IMG/VR virus record: IMGVR_UViG_3300025018_000036
Span: 1-43,795 of that record
Source of the DNA: a virus
Direction: 5' to 3' (one strand)
DNA length: 43,795 nucleotides
Shown: piece after piece, positions 39,271-43,795 of the stretch
How positions within the stretch are numbered: the first letter of the stretch is position 1
Layout: each line of letters starts with the position of its first letter
Made by a program: the position numbers and the translations under genes
Notes under the pieces: generated by a model
What the model saw: the letters and a program-made list of their open reading frames with translations, nothing else
Databases searched by the model: none
Told to the model about the DNA's origin: nothing

Positions 39271-40272
39271 ATGACCAAGATATTCGAATTCCCCAAGTAC
39301 GAGCAGCACCCCCTCGCGTCCAAGCTGATGCCGGGTGGCATGGACGAGGCTGAGTTCACCGCCTTCTGTGAGGACGTGGAGCAGCGTGGCGTCATCATGC
39401 CAATCACCCTGTACGAGGGCAAGGTGCTGGATGGCTGGCACCGTTACCGGGCAGCGCAACGCACGGAGACCTCCTTCAAGGAGCTGGAGTACAAGGGTAA
39501 GGACCCCGCAGGCTACATCGCCAGCGTGAATGTGCTCCGGCGCAAGCTGGGGTCGCTGCAACGGGCACTCGTGGGCGTACGCCTGCACCGTGACCACAAC
39601 CTGACCCAGCGCGACGTCTGCCGCAAGCTGGGCATCAGCAACGAGGTCGTGAACCTTGTGATCCGGGCGGTGGACAGCAAGAACGCAAAGCTGATCAAGC
39701 GCATCGAGTCTGACACCGACTTCACCCGTGGCATGCTGCGCGATGAGCTGGAAGACCTTGGGTTGTTGCGCCAGAAGGCGGTGGAGGAGGCTCCCCGTGG
39801 TCCGACCAGTGTGTTCGACTATGCGGGCAAGGCCCCCGTGGACGACACCGACGCCATTCTGGGCAACTCGCCCGATACCGATGGTATCACGTACGAGGAC
39901 GACGACACTGGCCCCGTGGGTAACGCGAAGCCCCTGCCCGACACGGGTAAGAAGGCAGCACACCCAGAACGCAGGGCAAAGGAAACCGCAGCCCAACGCC
40001 TGTCGGAGCAGTTCAAGGCCCTCATGGAGGACGAGAAGGTATCCTTCCTGCAGATGATCTGGCCCGAGGCCCGTGGTCTGGCGGCTGGTGCGGGCCTCAA
40101 GTACAAGCCCGAGACGGACGCAACAGACCCCCGCCCCCATGCCAAGTTGGTTCCGCAACCCAAGCCCGAGGCTACTACCCCCGAGGACGCCTTGCTTGCG
40201 ACTGCCACAGCCCCGTCTAAGCCGACTGGCAAGGCAAAGAAGCCCACAGCCAAGAAGGCGGCTGCGAAATGA
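39271..40272 (+). CDS. ParB-like nuclease-domain protein with HTH and a disordered basic tail
   Basis: ITLYEGKVLDGWHRYRAA matches the ParB N-terminal DG.HR motif. The HTH is LTQRDVCRKLGISNEVV. The tail is TGKAKKPTAKKAAAK. ATG follows CAAGGAAACCACC. Confidence 0.75.
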   Translation: MTKIFEFPKYEQHPLASKLMPGGMDEAEFTAFCEDVEQRGVIMPITLYEGKVLDGWHRYRAAQRTETSFKELEYKGKDPAGYIASVNVLRRKLGSLQRALVGVRLHRDHNLTQRDVCRKLGISNEVVNLVIRAVDSKNAKLIKRIESDTDFTRGMLRDELEDLGLLRQKAVEEAPRGPTSVFDYAGKAPVDDTDAILGNSPDTDGITYEDDDTGPVGNAKPLPDTGKKAAHPERRAKETAAQRLSEQFKALMEDEKVSFLQMIWPEARGLAAGAGLKYKPETDATDPRPHAKLVPQPKPEATTPEDALLATATAPSKPTGKAKKPTAKKAAAK

Positions 40273-40487
40273 TGTGCCTCCACAAGTTCGTGGACGGGTT
40301 TGGGGGCATGGGTGATGCCGTGGTGTGCGTCAAGTGCGGGCTGGACAAGTACCCCGAGGCCCTGCCCTTGCTGGCCCGCCCATTCCTGCTGTTCACCATA
40401 CGTGAGGACCACCCCGAATATGACTCGCGGTTCCGTGCTGCGGTACGGGCACGTGAACGTCGGGCTGCAGAAACCCCGTTAGAATGA
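40269..40487 (+). CDS. Hypothetical protein (72 aa) with a CxxC pair
   Basis: ATGA overlap with the ParB-like stop. Carries VVCVKCG. Confidence 0.5.
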   Translation: MMCLHKFVDGFGGMGDAVVCVKCGLDKYPEALPLLARPFLLFTIREDHPEYDSRFRAAVRARERRAAETPLE

Positions 40488-40526
40488 TCACGCCGATGCC
40501 CCTCCGGCTTTTGGGGGGCAAACACC

Positions 40527-41120
40527 ATGGAGATTGATATGGATGCAAAGAAAGTCGCTGAGCAGTTTGACATCATCGCGGAGGCATGCGGTGCGCTCGC
40601 TGGCATGTTTCGGGGTAGTGGCGGGGGTGCGGGAAGTACAGCAGCAGATGGAAAGGCTGCGAAACCTGTACGCGGAAAGCCTGCCCCCGCCCCCACCGAG
40701 GACGAAGTCGACATCGACACGGTCCGCGAGGCACTCAAGGAGCTGATGGAACTGCGGGGCAAGGAAGTGATGGTGCAGGCACTCGAGTCCGTTGGGGCTG
40801 GCAAGCTGGCCGACGTGGACGAAAGCCAGTACCAAGAGCTCCTGGACAAGGTGGCCGAGCTCAAGGAAGAACCGGCCGACCCGCCCGAGCCCACCAAGAC
40901 CACCAAGCCCAGTCGTCGCAGCAAGGCCAAAGCAGGCCCCACGCTGGATCAGGTCACGGACGCAGCCAAAGCCCTGATCGACGCTGACAAACCCGCGTAT
41001 GTGAAGCTCACCAAGAAGCTGGGCAAGCCTAGTGAGATGGACGAGGCCGACTACGCAGCCGCCATCGAAGCGTACGAGGCCGCGATGCCTGCCGATGGAG
41101 GCGACGACGACCTGCTGTAA
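40527..41120 (+). CDS. Acidic helical protein (197 aa) ending in GGDDDLL
   Basis: ATG 40527. Asp/Glu/Lys/Ala-rich. Its C-terminal tip is shared with the DUF2815 SSB. Confidence 0.6.
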   Translation: MEIDMDAKKVAEQFDIIAEACGALAGMFRGSGGGAGSTAADGKAAKPVRGKPAPAPTEDEVDIDTVREALKELMELRGKEVMVQALESVGAGKLADVDESQYQELLDKVAELKEEPADPPEPTKTTKPSRRSKAKAGPTLDQVTDAAKALIDADKPAYVKLTKKLGKPSEMDEADYAAAIEAYEAAMPADGGDDDLL

Positions 41121-41148
41121 GCTGGCGTTTCCGGTTCAGTAACCACAC

Positions 41149-41170
41149 ACGGGGCTTCGGCCCCGTTTTT
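41149..41170 (+). terminator. Rho-independent terminator with UUCG tetraloop
   Basis: ACGGGGC-TTCG-GCCCCGT followed by TTTT. Confidence 0.8.
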
Positions 41171-41184
41171 CATTGGAGTACCGT

Positions 41185-41289
41185 ATGACCCCCACCGAGC
41201 AAGACTGCTTCTTCCGCTTCAAGATGCGCATCATCCCTCTGAACATCAAGGTGTTCATCGCCCGGAACGAGTACAAGGGCATCAAGTGA
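41185..41289 (+). CDS. Possible micro-ORF (34 aa) translationally coupled to the nuclease gene
   Basis: GGAG lies 6 nt upstream of ATG 41185. Translation is MTPTEQDCFFRFKMRIIPLNIKVFIARNEYKGIK. Its TGA overlaps the GTG start at 41286. Confidence 0.3.
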   Translation: MTPTEQDCFFRFKMRIIPLNIKVFIARNEYKGIK

Positions 41290-42446
41290 GGCACTCAGTC
41301 CTCAGCCCCAGTAGCTCTCACCGTTGGCTGGTGTGTCCAGGCAGCGTAGAGGCCAACAGGGGCAAGAAGCACACCGACAACTTCTACAGCCTAGAGGGCA
41401 CCACTGCCCACGCCCTGCTGGAGGTATGCCTGCGGCTGGGGGCAGACCCCTTCCACCTTGTGGGCAGGCTGTTGGAGCATGGGCACATGCCCATAGACGA
41501 GGCCATGGCAGACGGGGTGGGCCACGCCCTGGACTACGTCACCGCGTACCTTGCCAACAACCCCAACGCCCGCGTCCTCCCTGAGCAGGAAGTGCACTAT
41601 GGCAGGCAGATTGGGATTGACGAGGACGAAGACCCCGACGACACCATGGCTTTCGGCACCAGTGACTTGATCCTTGACAACTATCCGAAGGAAGTGGTGT
41701 CGTTGGATTACAAGCACGGGGTCGGCATACCCGTTAGCGTCAAGGAGAACACTCAGCTGCGAATGTACCTGCTGGGCATGCGACAAGAGCGTGGCCGATA
41801 CCAACGGTATCGCAGCGTCGTGGTGCAGCCCCGCCTTCCCCGGCGGAAGCCCGTGCAAGAGGCAGTGATGCGCGACGCCGAGCTTACCGGATGGGTCAAC
41901 CGTGTGGTGATCCCTGTGGTGCCTGTGGCCCTGCGCAAGAACGCCCCGCGTGTGGCTGGTGAGCACTGCCGATACTGTGCGGCCGATGGCAACTGTCGCG
42001 CACAGCTTGAGAAGGTGCAGCAACTCGCAGCGGATGAGTTCAAGACTGCCGACGACCCAAAGTCCCTGACCCCAGCGGAGATCGCAAAGCTGTTAGACGT
42101 GCTCGGAACCCTTACCAGCATCGCCGACGCAGTTAAGAAACGGGCTGTTGCAGCCGTACACGCTGGGGTCAAGATACCGGGCTATCAACAGGCATGGACA
42201 GCGTCCAGGCGCATCTGGAAGGACGAGGAGGAGGCCAACGTCTTGCTCGAACGGCTGGGCCTGCAACCCAAGGAGCGCTTCAAGGTGGAGCTCCTAAGCC
42301 CCGCACAGGCGGAGGACGCCCTCAAGGGGAAGAAGCTGTGGCCCAAGAAGCAACGGGGCGTCAAGGAGCAGATGACCCCACTGGATGAGGCACTGGCCTT
42401 CACGGATGGCAACCCCACCATAGAAAAGGCACACCCCAAGGCATAA
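41286..42446 (+). CDS. DUF2800 PD-(D/E)XK (Cas4/RecB-like) nuclease with Cys cluster
   Basis: The N-terminus is LSPSSSHRWLVCPGS, the core is SLDYKHG, and the C-terminal cluster is CRYCAADGNC (C-x2-C-x5-C). GTG start. Confidence 0.8.
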   Translation: MRHSVLSPSSSHRWLVCPGSVEANRGKKHTDNFYSLEGTTAHALLEVCLRLGADPFHLVGRLLEHGHMPIDEAMADGVGHALDYVTAYLANNPNARVLPEQEVHYGRQIGIDEDEDPDDTMAFGTSDLILDNYPKEVVSLDYKHGVGIPVSVKENTQLRMYLLGMRQERGRYQRYRSVVVQPRLPRRKPVQEAVMRDAELTGWVNRVVIPVVPVALRKNAPRVAGEHCRYCAADGNCRAQLEKVQQLAADEFKTADDPKSLTPAEIAKLLDVLGTLTSIADAVKKRAVAAVHAGVKIPGYQQAWTASRRIWKDEEEANVLLERLGLQPKERFKVELLSPAQAEDALKGKKLWPKKQRGVKEQMTPLDEALAFTDGNPTIEKAHPKA

Positions 42447-42503
42447 TGGATCCTGCGCCATCGCGCGCAACTGTGTTCAATCTGTAACATCATGGAGTCT
42501 TCA

Positions 42504-43118
42504 ATGGCAACCAAGCAAAAAGCCGTCCGGCTGTATTCCCCCAAAGGCGTCGCCGCCTATGTGCACCTGCACACCCCCCGTGCCCGTACCGATGCCAAAG
42601 GCCAGCCCAAGGGCGACCCGAAGTACGGGCTGGCCTTGTTCTTCAAGAAAGGCACTGACCTGTCCGAGATGGAAGAGGTCGCGGAAAAGAAACTCCGCGA
42701 AGCCTTTGGCCCCAAAGCCATGGACCTTGTCCGCAAGGGCAAGATCAACTGGCCCTTTGCCGACACCGACGATATGGAGGACCCCGAGCCGCCGTTTGAC
42801 AAGCCCGGCACCGTGGTCAACTTCAAGAAGGCAGACCGCCCCGGTATCGTTGACGCCGACGCCGAGCCCATCATGGAGAAGTCTGACGTCTACTCCGGCA
42901 TGATTGCCCGCGTGTCCTGCCGTTGCTTCACGTACGACAACGAGTCCAAGGGTGTGTCCTTTGCACTGGTAAACGTGCAGAAGCTGGGCGACGGTGAGCG
43001 CATGTCCGGCGACCCCGATGCCGAGAGCGACTTCGCTGCGGCTGACAAGGGTGGTTCCCGTGGCAAGCCCGCAGGCCGGTCGCGTCGTAATACCGAAGAC
43101 GACGACGATCTGCTGTAA
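42504..43118 (+). CDS. DUF2815 ssDNA-binding protein (T7 gp2.5-like) ending in EDDDDLL
   Basis: DPKYGLALFF...DVYSGMIARVSCRCFTYDNESKGVSFALVNVQKLGDGE fits the DUF2815 pattern. ATG 42504 has GGAG 6 nt upstream. ATG 42492 is an alternative start. Confidence 0.75.
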   Translation: MATKQKAVRLYSPKGVAAYVHLHTPRARTDAKGQPKGDPKYGLALFFKKGTDLSEMEEVAEKKLREAFGPKAMDLVRKGKINWPFADTDDMEDPEPPFDKPGTVVNFKKADRPGIVDADAEPIMEKSDVYSGMIARVSCRCFTYDNESKGVSFALVNVQKLGDGERMSGDPDAESDFAAADKGGSRGKPAGRSRRNTEDDDDLL

Positions 43119-43186
43119 GATTGGGCTTCCAACACGGTGCCTCAGCGTTTTCTGGGGTAATCAACCTTTCACATCTGGAGTATCTC

Positions 43187-43633
43187 ATGACCAAAGCAAG
43201 CGACGTCGACGACCTGTTGGGCGGTGCAGCCGCACCCAAGGCCAAAGGCAAGCCCGCAGCCAAGAAGGCAGCACCCGCCAAGAAAGCCGCAGCCAAGAAA
43301 GCCGCAGCCGAACCCGACGAGCTCGCCACCCCGGCCAAGAAGCCCGCAGCCAAGAAGCCCGCAGCCAAGAAGGCAGCACCCGCAGCCGCCAAGGAGGCCA
43401 AAGCCCCCCGCGTCAAGGAGCCTGTGGTGTTCGAAGAAGGCGAGAAGGAAGCCCTTGCCAAACGCGTCAAGCAGTCTGTGCGCAAGCCCATCCAGTCGAA
43501 GGACCTTGCCGCGAAGCTGGAAGTGCCGACCCGCAAGCTGCGTCAGGTGCTGTACAGCATGGCCCGTGCCGGGACCATCGCGGTGGAACTCGGCGGCTCC
43601 CGCGCAGCCGGTATGACCGTTTCCCCAGCCTGA
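43187..43633 (+). CDS. Histone H1/AlgP-like Lys-Ala repeat protein with C-terminal winged-helix
   Basis: ATG 43187 follows CTGGAG. The repeats read AKGKPAAKKAAPAKKAAAKKAAA...AKKPAAKKPAAKKAAPAAAKEAK. The C-terminal wHTH-like segment is IQSKDLAAKLEVPTRKLRQVLYSMARAGTI. Confidence 0.65.
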   Translation: MTKASDVDDLLGGAAAPKAKGKPAAKKAAPAKKAAAKKAAAEPDELATPAKKPAAKKPAAKKAAPAAAKEAKAPRVKEPVVFEEGEKEALAKRVKQSVRKPIQSKDLAAKLEVPTRKLRQVLYSMARAGTIAVELGGSRAAGMTVSPA

Positions 43634-43655
43634 TCCCCCGGCGTCGGCCGGTTAC

Positions 43656-43697
43656 GTGTGGCCCCATGCCGTGAGGTATCGGGGCCACACTTGTCTT
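43656..43697 (+). terminator. Terminator-like hairpin spanning the start of the terminal duplication
   Basis: GTGTGGCCCC (43656..43665) pairs with GGGGCCACAC (43681..43690) across a 15-nt loop, followed by TTGTCTT. Confidence 0.5.
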
Positions 43698-43795
43698 AGG
43701 AGAATCACCGTGGCATCAATCAACGTAATGGTCAAACGGATATCGGGGTTGCTGGACAGCGACCTATCTGAGTGGGAACAGGACTTCGTGGAGAG
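43669..43795. repeat. Right copy of the exact 127-bp terminal duplication
   Basis: Identical to 1..127. Contains the RBS and the first 86 nt of the gene annotated at 42..227. Confidence 0.95.

Noticed and set aside
39271-40272. ParB-like gene as evidence for a plasmid-prophage lifestyle
   Set aside because: I saw no ParA/Walker-type partition ATPase, no integrase, no CI/Cro-like repressor and no obvious parS repeats. ParB-nuclease-domain proteins are common in lytic phage replication modules.
1-43795. tRNA, rRNA or other structured RNA genes
   Set aside because: No cloverleaf-like region or long non-coding gap was noticed. Intergenic space is limited to the short control regions described. 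A tRNAscan/Infernal run would be needed for certainty.

Overview
The window is a complete, circularly closed genome of a tailed dsDNA phage. The first 127 bp are repeated exactly at the end, so the unique length is 43,668 bp. It is siphovirus-type: it has a tape measure and a tail tube but no sheath. GC is high, and the host is probably a Gram-negative proteobacterium, judged from the GH108 endolysin, the 3-TM GTA-type holin, GTA-like distal tail genes and a proteobacterial SSB-tip motif.

Genes form two divergent arms that start in a repeat-rich control region (37481..37730) and converge on a bidirectional terminator (11118..11143).

- Plus arm (37731 -> junction -> 11100): small early genes, a ParB-like protein, a DUF2800 nuclease, a DUF2815 SSB, family-A DNA polymerase, VRR-NUC, an SNF2 helicase, a nucleotide/DNA-base-modification cluster, HNH, then more small genes.
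- Minus arm (37480 -> 11203): AEP-primase/helicase, an ori-like repeat region, TerS, TerL, a LamG plus polysaccharide-lyase insertion, a portal-MuF fusion, protease-scaffold, capsid, neck, tail tube, G/GT chaperone with a -1 frameshift, tape measure, GTA-like distal tail (DUF2460, DUF2163, NlpC/P60, J-like), fibres, a small OMP-like protein and the lysis cassette.

I saw no tRNA, CRISPR array, integrase or CI-type repressor.

Most interesting observations:
1. A compact five-gene cluster (P-loop kinase, divergent ThyA homologue, HD 5'-deoxynucleotidase, DUF3310, helical DNA-base-hypermodification-family protein) that looks like a minimal thymidine-replacement or hypermodification pathway with no recognisable tailoring enzymes.
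2. A small Cys/His protein ending in DFDDIPF, a copy of the bacterial SSB C-terminal tip.
3. A shared DDDLL acidic tip on two replication-module proteins.
4. 22-bp iterons plus GAGCAGTTCC inverted repeats, forming an ori/pac candidate.
5. Three related palindromic promoter/operator modules and a duplicated 41-bp leader.
6. A lower-GC LamG plus PL7-like lyase pair wedged between terminase and portal.

All functional calls come from motif recognition by eye. No database search was run.
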